Positions 25,431 to 34,499 of a stretch of 64,000 nucleotides of DNA are shown one piece after another; the stretch's first letter is position 1; each line of letters opens with the position of its first letter. This DNA is from Podarcis muralis (lineage: Eukaryota). A program made the translations under genes and the position numbers. Below the pieces are notes generated by a model. The model saw only the letters and a list, made by a program, of their open reading frames with translations, was not told the origin of the DNA and did not search any database. The stretch covers positions 13,144,001 through 13,208,000 of the forward strand of contig NC_135669.1 of the NCBI RefSeq assembly GCF_964188315.1, in the 5' to 3' direction.

Positions 25431-25954
25431 TGTAGCCTTATTAATCCACGGGTAGGAATAATTGTTGCACCCGAGCAGAGACAAAAGGAGCCAAACGACA
25501 CCAAGGGGTTAATCCAGAGAAAGAGCGTTTTATTCTGCCATCCGGAGGGGCAGAAGGCACCTGTGTGGTTCAGTTCACAAAAGACAGGCCGCACCGAAAA
25601 CATTTTACAAGCAGGTTTTATCCTTTTTTGCAAACCCCTTTTTTCCTCTCCCCCTTCACAGGTTCTTACATAGAAATGTTGCTTTTCGTTCTCTGGCTTT
25701 GTTCCCGGAAGTATGTTGCAAGTCAATGTACCAGGACAAGGTTATTTGGATCTGGGAAGCGAAAAGCTTTTCTGTTCTCAGCTATGGGTTTGTTACAGCG
25801 TTTTTGTTACAGAGAGGACTGCTTAGCTCATGCTTTTTGTCTTAGAGGAATATGCAGTTTTAAAAATGCGTACGCCGAGGCCTGGCTGGGGGGGGGGGAA
25901 TTCATAAACAGTTTTTTTAGGGCTTTCTGGGGTAACCCTAACTGTACCCCTTCA
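25431..25954 (-). repeat. ERV 3' LTR (524 bp)
   Basis: Matches 30477-31001 by eye except 11 vs 12 G in a G-run; AATAAA on the minus strand near 25528; preceded by purine-rich GAGAGGTATGGAA. Confidence 0.95.
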
Positions 25955-25987
25955 TTCCATACCTCTCAAATTTGGACAGCCTTTTTC

Positions 25988-27322
25988 TTAAAAAGGCTCG
26001 TCCCAGGAAGGCACAGGCTGATATTCTCGGGTCAGAGCTATAATCTGGGGGCGAAGCATGCGAGAAATCATATTGCGTGTCATTGTATGCAAGCATTGCA
26101 GCAGGCAAGGTACAGAAAAGCAAAAAATTAGCAAAATGAAAAGTGGGCCTAGCAGCAGCAAAAACAGGCCTTTTACCCATCCTAGTTTTGGCAACCAGTC
26201 AAGCCATGACATGTCCCATCCCTCCCAGGTTTGGGTAGGAATATGGGCCACTGTTTCAAGTCCTGCTGCCAAATTGCGAATGGCCTCACCATGATCAGAG
26301 ATGTTAAAGCAACAGGCCCCACCTGTGAGATTTAACGCTGCACAAAAGCCGCCATGTTGCGCCAGGAGAAATTCCAACGCTAATCGGACTGAGAGAAACG
26401 CATTGCGTGTCTCATCCAATTGCGTGGCAATTAGCCTAAGGGTCGTGGCTGTCGTGTTAGCAACAATCTCTACCACTGCCTGGAGTCTGATTACGCGGTT
26501 CAAGTTATAGATCGGCCCCCTTGCCCCAGAGATTTTCTCTCCCCGATTCCATGAGGCTGGAGCATAATGGGCCAGTATCCTTTCCGGAGGCCACTGATTT
26601 TTGCCCCAATTCTGGGAGCTGCCACCTGCAAGTATTGCCAGGTCAGCCGAACGCCTCCTTCTACGGGGTGCAGAGGCAATCTGGTCAGGAATCCACATGG
26701 GGGGTATTAAGTAGGCTGGAAAACAGACCCCATACCATCCTCTTGGGAGGGCATGATAGGCCTTCCTGCCACACACCCAGTAAACGTCCTGACCATGGGC
26801 AGATATGGTGCCTCTCAGTAAGCGGGCCAGGCATGCAGTCAAATTGGAACCAGAAAAGGTTCCTGTCTTGGACTCAGGCATGTTAGTTGGGGCTGGGAAG
26901 GTACGATCACAGTGGGAAGTGCCCACATAGGTCTGAGAGTCAGTTGCGTCATTTGATTTGTTGACACAAAGGCAGCCAGTGATCCTGTGAACCTGGAAAG
27001 GGACGGAATGATTCCATAAAGAAGAATGGTTGCCCAGAGGCTGGAAGGCAACAAGTGGAGTTGTAACCAAGGATTCATTCCAAGGCACAGGGAGGAGTGG
27101 CATTCCTCCCAGAGCATCTACAGGGGCCAGAGTGCAGACGGCACAATTGGTCCGATTTGCAGAGAACGCAACCATCTCAGCAACCTGAATCCACTTATTA
27201 TATGTGTGGTGGGCCCCCCACGATTGCAGCAGTTGTCTGGTCACTGTGAGTGGTATTGGTATTTCAAAGGTCAAAGGCAGCAGAAATACCAGCATGGGGA
27301 CCCACAGTCGTATTTGAGCCAT
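25988..27322 (-). CDS. env: Intact retroviral envelope ORF (444 aa from ATG 27322)
   Basis: Signal peptide, CAVC (CXXC), YWVCG...LPRGWYGVC, RRRRR furin site, WPPERIL...PIYNLNRVIRLQAVVEI, ISD-like segment, CX9CC, TM helix, YQPV tail; no stops. Confidence 0.95.
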   Translation of the reverse strand: MAQIRLWVPMLVFLLPLTFEIPIPLTVTRQLLQSWGAHHTYNKWIQVAEMVAFSANRTNCAVCTLAPVDALGGMPLLPVPWNESLVTTPLVAFQPLGNHSSLWNHSVPFQVHRITGCLCVNKSNDATDSQTYVGTSHCDRTFPAPTNMPESKTGTFSGSNLTACLARLLRGTISAHGQDVYWVCGRKAYHALPRGWYGVCFPAYLIPPMWIPDQIASAPRRRRRSADLAILAGGSSQNWGKNQWPPERILAHYAPASWNRGEKISGARGPIYNLNRVIRLQAVVEIVANTTATTLRLIATQLDETRNAFLSVRLALEFLLAQHGGFCAALNLTGGACCFNISDHGEAIRNLAAGLETVAHIPTQTWEGWDMSWLDWLPKLGWVKGLFLLLLGPLFILLIFCFSVPCLLQCLHTMTRNMISRMLRPQIIALTREYQPVPSWDEPF

Positions 27323-28462
27323 TGTATGCACGGGGAGGGGCTTAGGTAAGTGCTAGAGAGTGGGCTGGGGTGTAATCACGCTGAAAGAAAGGACCCACTA
27401 GGCACCCTCCTCTGCAGGGGTGGCGTAAAACAAACTAGGCCCAGGTACCTTCAATAAAGTTCAGTTATGCAAAAGGAAAGAAAAGAAAATGTGAAAATGT
27501 CCTCTTTCAATCCATGCTGGATTCTGGAGCCGTGCCAAGCGTCAGCGTCCGGAGTGACGTAGGCAGGGCGGTAGTCTGGTGGGCGTTGGGTCGTCTGGTG
27601 GGCTTTGGGCATCTTGGGTCTCTTCCAACAAGGCTGGAGCGATGTCTGGGCGTCTGGGTCCTCTGGTGGGCGGTGTAGATCAGGTGTCACAGATGCCGGT
27701 GACTTTAACAGCTGTAGATAAACAGGACAGCCTCTGGCCGGTTTACCTGTCAAGAGAAGAGAAAAACAAAGACGGCAGCGATTGCACAGAACAAATTGAT
27801 AGATAACATTTGCACATAAGGAATATTAACTCAAAGGGGACAGCATGGCAAGAAAATTTGCAAGGGGACATGGCAACCCAGTTTGACAGTCCTGTTGCAT
27901 GGGTTAAGTTGCCAGCTGAGATTTTTCAAAGTCCTATTTGTGTGCTCTAAGTTTCAGAGCTTTAAGCCATGTTGCAAATTTCAGTTCATTTGCCAGTGTC
28001 TGTAGAAAGAACAATGCGCTCCTTGCTTCTGGCAAAGTTTCAAAATTCCTATGTTATGCTGCGGCTCCTTTTTCAGAGTAAAATTGCACCTTAAAAAGAA
28101 AAACTTGACAAAGTTCACAGAAAGCATTCACTTGCTTTTTAAGAAAGTCACTTTCCAGGTTAGTACTTTGGGGCAAAGCCTTGGCATTCTGGTTTTTATG
28201 TGGCTGAACTGTAAATCCAGAAAGTGTGAGGTTCAGGGTAGCTGGCTGAATGCAGCAGTGTCCTTCTTGGAATAGCTGCCAAGAGATAACGCTCTGAAGC
28301 TACCTCCAAGCGCCTGGCACAAAGGGGGGGGGGGGAGCTGATGTCCTGTTACATGCATGATTTAAAAAAAAACAAAACAACAACAGTCTGTTCACTTGCT
28401 TTTTCGCTGCAACAGTCTTTTGAGCAAGAACAGAGATGAAAAGAAATCATTTTTGAGAAATC

Positions 28463-29777
28463 TTATTGTTCCCAGCCTTTGGGAGTGGGGTGTGTCGGGC
28501 GTGGGGCCTGTGGGCATTCCATTTCCCAATGACTCCCTTGCCTGCAGATGGCGCACTGGCCTCTTCCCTAGGCGTCTTCTGACCCTCCCATGGACACCCT
28601 CACTCGCTCCAGGATTGCGTTTTTGGCTTTCTGGCTGCTGGCTGTTTGAAGACAAACCCCTAAGTATTTTGGCTGGGTCCTCTTCGATTTTTCCAATTGC
28701 AAATATCGGAGCTTGTAAAAGGGACATGTTGAATGGTAAAGGTCCTTGGTGGTCTAACACCCCGATCATTTGGCTGTTCCAAAGGATCATACACTTGCCT
28801 GAGAGGGGCCACCACAGTGGGTTTGGACAAAGCCTTCGATTTAAGTGTCTCTACATGTTTTGTTGCCCTGTCCCACGCTGTTCTCAAAACCTTTTGCCTT
28901 TTTCTCCAATTCTCATCCTGGCACTGGGCTGCTTCTAGAACCCAGGGGGCCACATCCAGTTCTGTTTTAAACAGTTCTACATACTGGAACACTCTGTCAA
29001 ACTGCTTACTAGTCCATCTTATCTCTTTATCTAGAGTTTTTCTGAAGTCTTCATCATCATCATTATCATCATCACCTTTCTCTTCACCTTCCTTGCTTGC
29101 ATCACAAGGGGGTTGGGGAGGGGCTGAGGGGGGAATCTTCTCATTTGGGTCCTCAGTCTGGGCAGTGGGCGGAGAAGCAGCCCTATTTGCTCCCAGATTT
29201 GGTTGCCTGGGCGCAGTGGCTGCATATGGTGGTGGTGGGGTAATTATCTCCTCTTCCAGGACTGGCAAAACTGGTGGCTTTTTAACTTGTAATTGTACTG
29301 AACACAGTTACAGATAGGTAGCCGTGTTGGTCTGCCATAGTCAAAACAAAAAAAAATTCCTTCCAGTAGCACCTTAAAGACCAACTACCGTAAGTTAGTT
29401 CTTGGTATGAGCTTTCATGTGCATGCACACTTCTTCAGATACACTGATCACAGTTTGACTTGGACAGTCACAATTCTATTTTTCCGAAGCCATGAGGGAT
29501 TTTGATCCACATTGGCTTTCCAGATAGAAATATAGGGAATCTGATCTGTGTGGGCCTTGAAAATGTTACTCCATAAAATGTTGACCAAGTTTGGATCAAA
29601 GGATCCTCCAGTAGGCCATTCTGGTAAATACGAAGGCCAGTCAACTTCACATAAATGTTGGAGTCTGCTTTTTCTGAGTTTACATCCCCACTCTTCTGCT
29701 TTCATGGCACATTTCCAGTTTTCCAGAAAGCTCTGTAGTGGTGTCTCAAGAATTATATTACTGCTTTTATTTCCCAT
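28463..29777 (-). pseudogene. gag: Disrupted gag (MA, late domains, start of CA, NC knuckle)
   Basis: MG start; MA-like CEVDWPSY...WPTGGSF...HTDQIPYISIW; PPPPY and PSAP; APLRQV...HVPFTSSDICNWK; CAICRQGSHWEMEC at 28514-28555 in another frame; TAA at 28463. Confidence 0.9.
29310..29455. mobile_element. 146-bp insertion in gag, Penelope-like terminal-repeat fragment
   Basis: CACAGTT duplicated at 29303-29309 and 29449-29455; same sequence in opposite orientation at 44081-44580; family assignment from recall only. Confidence 0.7.
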
Positions 29778-30454
29778 GACTCTGGGATCCTGGGGACACT
29801 GGGACACTCAGCCCTCCTAACGTTATTTTTTTTTCACTCAGTCACAGGCCAGACGTTGCTTTCAACGCCTCACACACTCAAAACATTCACTGGAGTGTCC
29901 CCACACGCACATTCAGAAAAACCCATGCACCTCCCCCAATCCCCCCTTCCCTCCCCCCAAAAAAAACCAAAACCACAACCGGCAGCGCTTAGACTTCGAC
30001 CGGGGCCCAAGAGCACCTTTTTTTTTTTTTTTTTTACTGCTTCTTCTGGGCACAAAACCAACAACCAACCATAACCGGCAGCGCTTAGACTTCGACCGGG
30101 GCCCTAGCAGCACCCTTTGCTGCTTTTTCTGGGCGACACCAAAACCAGTGGCACTTCGTCTACCCTGCTGGCGGAGTTGATCAGACTCTCTTTTTGCTCG
30201 CACCTATCCTTGTGGAGCTTGCTCCCACCTATACCCTGTGGAGCTTACCTTTTTCCTCGAGGTACCTTCTTTCTGCACGGCCGTTGCTCTTTCTCTCCGT
30301 CACTTTGTCGCGTGTCCACTCAGGAACGGGTGGCCAGTCCCTCCCACGAAGTTGGCAGGATGTGCACTGGAACTGCTGACCCGGTATCCCGAGCTGCTCG
30401 CCTTGCAGTGACGCCCTGGACCTCTTTGTCCCTCGATCTCGGGGAACGTGCTTA

Positions 30455-30472
30455 TTCCCGGCCAACGCACCA
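30455..30472 (-). other. Primer-binding site for tRNA-Gly(UCC)
   Basis: Minus strand TGGTGCGTTGGCCGGGAA; the plus strand TTCCCGGCCAACGCACCA equals the 3' 18 nt of vertebrate tRNA-Gly(UCC) as recalled. Confidence 0.85.
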
Positions 30473-30476
30473 GAAA

Positions 30477-31001
30477 TGTAGCCTTATTAATCCACGGGTA
30501 GGAATAATTGTTGCACCCGAGCAGAGACAAAAGGAGCCAAACGACACCAAGGGGTTAATCCAGAGAAAGAGCGTTTTATTCTGCCATCCGGAGGGGCAGA
30601 AGGCACCTGTGTGGTTCAGTTCACAAAAGACAGGCCGCACCGAAAACATTTTACAAGCAGGTTTTATCCTTTTTTGCAAACCCCTTTTTTCCTCTCCCCC
30701 TTCACAGGTTCTTACATAGAAATGTTGCTTTTCGTTCTCTGGCTTTGTTCCCGGAAGTATGTTGCAAGTCAATGTACCAGGACAAGGTTATTTGGATCTG
30801 GGAAGCGAAAAGCTTTTCTGTTCTCAGCTATGGGTTTGTTACAGCGTTTTTGTTACAGAGAGGACTGCTTAGCTCATGCTTTTTGTCTTAGAGGAATATG
30901 CAGTTTTAAAAATGCGTACGCCGAGGCCTGGCTGGGGGGGGGGGGAATTCATAAACAGTTTTTTTAGGGCTTTCTGGGGTAACCCTAACTGTACCCCTTC
31001 A
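30477..31001 (-). repeat. ERV 5' LTR (525 bp)
   Basis: TGAAGGGG...GGCTACA on the minus strand, followed by TTTC and the primer-binding site. Confidence 0.95.
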
Positions 31002-31274
31002 GTACCACCCTGAACATGCGCAATCTCGGACCATCATTATGCCCTCACAAAAAAGTGCTTGGAGTTTATTCATTTATTTAAGAATAACTAGTAATAGATA
31101 CCAAAGCAACATATTCATAGCCAACATCTAAATGTTCAAAATATTCCAGACCAGACCAACTATCAGGTTCACGTGAAAGGCCCATTAATTTCAATGGTTG
31201 TGAGTAGAAGTATGTTGAATACAACCCTTGGAATATGAAGGAAGGTATAGAAATTTAATAACAATATTAATGTT

Positions 31275-31277
<3 letters not shown>

Positions 31278-31324
<47 letters not shown>

Positions 31325-31722
31325 TTATTATTTATACCCCACCCATCTGGCTGGGCCTCCCCAGCCACTCTGGGCGGCTTCCATAGAAACCAAAAATACA
31401 GTAAAATATCACACGTTAAAAACTTCCCTGAACAGGGCTGCCTTAAGATGTCTTCTGAATGTCAGGTAGTTGTTTATCTCTTTGACATCTGATGGGAGGG
31501 CGTTCCACAGGGCAGGCGCCACTACTGAGAAGGCCCTCTGCCTGGTTCCCTGTAGCATTGCTTCTCGCAATGAGGGAACCGCCAGAAGGCCCTCGGCGCT
31601 GGACCTCAGCGTCCGGGCAGAATGATGGGGGTGGAGACGCTCCTTCAGGTATACTGGACCGAGGCCGTTTAGGGCTTTAAAGGTCAGCACCAACACTTTG
31701 AATTGTGCTCGGGAACGTACTG
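31278..31722 (-). mobile_element. L2 LINE 3' fragment with long (AAT)n tail
   Basis: Same L2 C-terminal translation as 11871-12288. Confidence 0.85.
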
Positions 31723-31944
31723 GGGTTTTTTAAAGGAAAACCACCATCATCACATAGAATCACTGAGTTGGAAGGGAGCCTAAGGGTCATTTAGTCCAAC
31801 CCTCAACAATGCAGGAATCGTAAGTAAAATAGAAACATCGCCACCCAACCTCACCCCCACCCATCTTTCCCCCCCTCCACCTCTTTCCCCCTTTTCTTCC
31901 CAATGTCTCAACAAATGAAACTGATTTGTAAAAATGTTACATGG

Positions 31945-31947
<3 letters not shown>

Positions 31948-31980
<33 letters not shown>
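31948..31980. repeat. (AT)n microsatellite
   Basis: Direct reading. Confidence 0.95.
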
Positions 31981-31984
<4 letters not shown>

Positions 31985-32652
31985 AAGAGACATTGCACAC
32001 ACTTTTGTAAATCAAGAAAATCTTTAATTAAAACAACAACAACACAGGAATCTCAACTAAAGCATCCATGACAGGCCATCCAACCTCTGCGTAAAAACCT
32101 CCAAGGAAGGAGCGTCTACCACCTCTCGTGGGAGTCCGTTCCACTGCCAAAAACCTCTTACTGCCAGAAAGTTTCCCTTACGTTTAGTTGGAATCTCCTT
32201 TCTTGCAATTTGAAGCCATTGGTTCAAAGTCATGACATCGATGTTCCTATTTTATTTTTCAAGCTTATGTTTGTTTGTCTATTTGTTTGTCGATGCCTTC
32301 GGCAGGCTTGGTCTAGAAAGGTGTGGGTGGGTGTTTCTAAATATATACATTTAACTATTACATCTACTCAAAAGTATTATTGTTTATTAAATTTCTATAC
32401 CACCCTTCATCCGAAGACTACAGGGGTGGTTAATAATAATAATTTATTATTCACACCCCTGCCCATCTGGCTGGGTTTCTCCAGCCACTCTGGGCGGCTA
32501 CCAATATTAAAAACACGATAAAACATCAAACATTAAAAACTTCCCTACACAGGGCAGTTTACAATATAGGCAACCATGCAGAGGGCCTTCTCGGTAGCGG
32601 CACCCGCCCTGTGGAACGCCCTCCCATCCGATGTCAAGGAAACAAACAACTA

Positions 32653-34177
32653 CAGGTGAAACTCGAAAAATTAGAATATCATGGAAAAGTTCGTTTATTT
32701 CAGTAATTCAACTTAAAAGGTGAAACTAATATATGAGATAGACTCATGACATGCAAAGCGAGATATGTCAAGCCTTTATTTGTTATAATTGTGATATTAT
32801 GGCATACAGCTGATGAAAACCCCAAATTAACAATCTCAGAAAATTAGAATATTGTGAAAAGGTCCATAACAACTGTAATGGGTTCCTGAGCCTTTAAATG
32901 GTCTCTCAGCCTGGCTCAGTAGGAAGCACAATCATGGGGAAGGCTGCTGACCTGACAGTTGTGCAGAAAGCAATCATTGAGACCCTCCATAAGGAGGGAA
33001 AGCCTCAAAAGGTAATTGCAGAAGAAGTTGGATGTTCCCAAAGTGCTGTATCGAAGCACATTAATGGAAAGCTATGTGGAAGGGGAAAGTGTGGGAGAAA
33101 AAGGTCCACAAGCAGCAGGGATGACCGCAGCCTGGAGAGGATTGTCAGGAAAAGACCATTCAAACGTGTTGGGGACTTTCACAAGGAGTGGACTGAGGCT
33201 GGAGTTAGTACATCAAGAGCCACCACACACAGACGGATCCTGGAGATGGGCTTCAAATGTCACATTCCTCTTGTCAAGCCGCTCCTGAACAAGAAACAAC
33301 GTCAGAAGCATCTTACCTGGGCTAAAGAAAAAAAAAAGAACTGGTTTGTTTCTCAGTGGTCCCAAGTCCTCTTTTCTGATGAGAGCAATTTTTGCAGCTC
33401 ATTTGGAAACCAAGGACCCAGAGTCTGGAGGAAGAATGAGGAGGCACACAATGCCAGATGCTTGAAGTCCAGTGTGAAGTTTCCACAGTCTGTGTTGATT
33501 TGGGGAGCCATGTCATCAGCTGGTGTTGGTCCACTGTGCTTCATTAAGTCCAGGGTCAATGCAGCCATCTATCAGGAGATTTTGGAGCACTTCATGCTTC
33601 CTTCCGCAGACGAGCTTTATGGGGATGCTGATTTCATTTTCCAGCAGGACTTGGCACCTGCCCACACTGCCGAAAGTACCAAAACCTGGTTCAGTGCCCA
33701 TGGGATTACCGTGCTTGATTGGCCAGCAAACTCGCCTGACCTGAACCCCATAGAGAATCTATGGGGCATTGCCAAGAGAAAGATGAGAGACATGAGACTG
33801 AGCAATGCAGAAGAGCTGAAGGCTGCTACTGAAGCATCCTGGTCTTCCATAACACCTCAGCAGTGCCACAGGCTGATAGCATCCATGCCACGCCGCATTG
33901 AGGCAGTAATTGATGCAAAAGGGGCCCAAACCAAGTACTGAGTACATGTGCATGCTTCTACTTCTCAGAGGTCCAATATTGCTCTATTTGCAGTCCTTGT
34001 TTTGCTGATTTCATTTAATATTCTAATTTTCTGAGATTGTTAATTTGGAGTTTTCATCAGCTGTACACCATGATCATCACAATTATAACAAATAAAGGCT
34101 TGACATATCTCGCTTTGCATGTCATGAGTCTATCTCATATATTAGTTTCACCTTTTAAGTTGAATTACTGAAATAAA
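32653..34177 (+). mobile_element. Tc1-family DNA transposon, IR/DR type, right end truncated
   Basis: TA then CAGGTGAAACTCG left IR of about 215 bp with repeated AAAATTAGAATAT; right IR 34017-34177 lacks the outer 41 bp. Confidence 0.92.
32934..33941 (+). CDS. Tc1 DD34E transposase, uninterrupted 335-aa ORF
   Basis: HTH region (GCSQSAVSKH), FSDES, FQQDLAPAH, WPANSPDLNPIENLW; 34 residues between D2 and E. Confidence 0.92.
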   Translation: MGKAADLTVVQKAIIETLHKEGKPQKVIAEEVGCSQSAVSKHINGKLCGRGKCGRKRSTSSRDDRSLERIVRKRPFKRVGDFHKEWTEAGVSTSRATTHRRILEMGFKCHIPLVKPLLNKKQRQKHLTWAKEKKKNWFVSQWSQVLFSDESNFCSSFGNQGPRVWRKNEEAHNARCLKSSVKFPQSVLIWGAMSSAGVGPLCFIKSRVNAAIYQEILEHFMLPSADELYGDADFIFQQDLAPAHTAESTKTWFSAHGITVLDWPANSPDLNPIENLWGIAKRKMRDMRLSNAEELKAATEASWSSITPQQCHRLIASMPRRIEAVIDAKGAQTKY

Positions 34178-34499
34178 TGTTTTGTTTTTATCGCATTGTT
34201 AATATTCTGTTCGGAGCCGCTCACAAGTGGCTGGGGAAACCCAGCCAGATGGGCGTGGTATAAATAAATGATTCTTCATTATTATTTATTATTATTTATT
34301 ATAAAAACACAAAAAATACATCCCACTGAAGCTCCATGGGGCGAGGAGGGAACCTACACAGGCAAGGAAGTGCGAATATGTCTTTAAAACACGTCTCTAA
34401 CCAGATTAGAGAGCCCCGCCTCGGAGCAGAGATCAAACGGGCGCGCGGGCGTTCTAGAACGCCCGTGGGCACATCAAACGACCCCCTTCGAACGCCCGT

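Larger units (their letters stand above)
25431..31001 (-). mobile_element. Class I (gamma-like, ERV3/HERV-I-type env) endogenous retrovirus, pol-less
   Basis: TG...CA LTRs at 25431-25954 and 30477-31001; GTAC target duplication at 25427-25430 and 31002-31005; PBS, gag remnants, env, purine tract. Confidence 0.95.

Noticed and set aside
25565-26131. 188-aa antisense ORF from the 3' LTR across the env tail (HBZ/ASP-like geometry)
   Set aside because: It starts at GTG, has no recognisable motif, and reads through only because this LTR has 11 G; the 12-G 5' LTR shifts frame. Most likely chance.
28240-28290. DTAA as a protease active-site remnant
   Set aside because: Lacks the hydrophobic-x-DTG context and the frame closes within a few codons.
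28396-29317. Two long plus-strand ORFs (180 and 194 aa)
   Set aside because: Antisense shadows of the gag coding sequence.
29913-30203. Basic, repeated ORF upstream of and in frame with gag (glyco-Gag-like?)
   Set aside because: GTG start, several stops before the gag ATG, and the repeat is explained by the 96-bp duplication.
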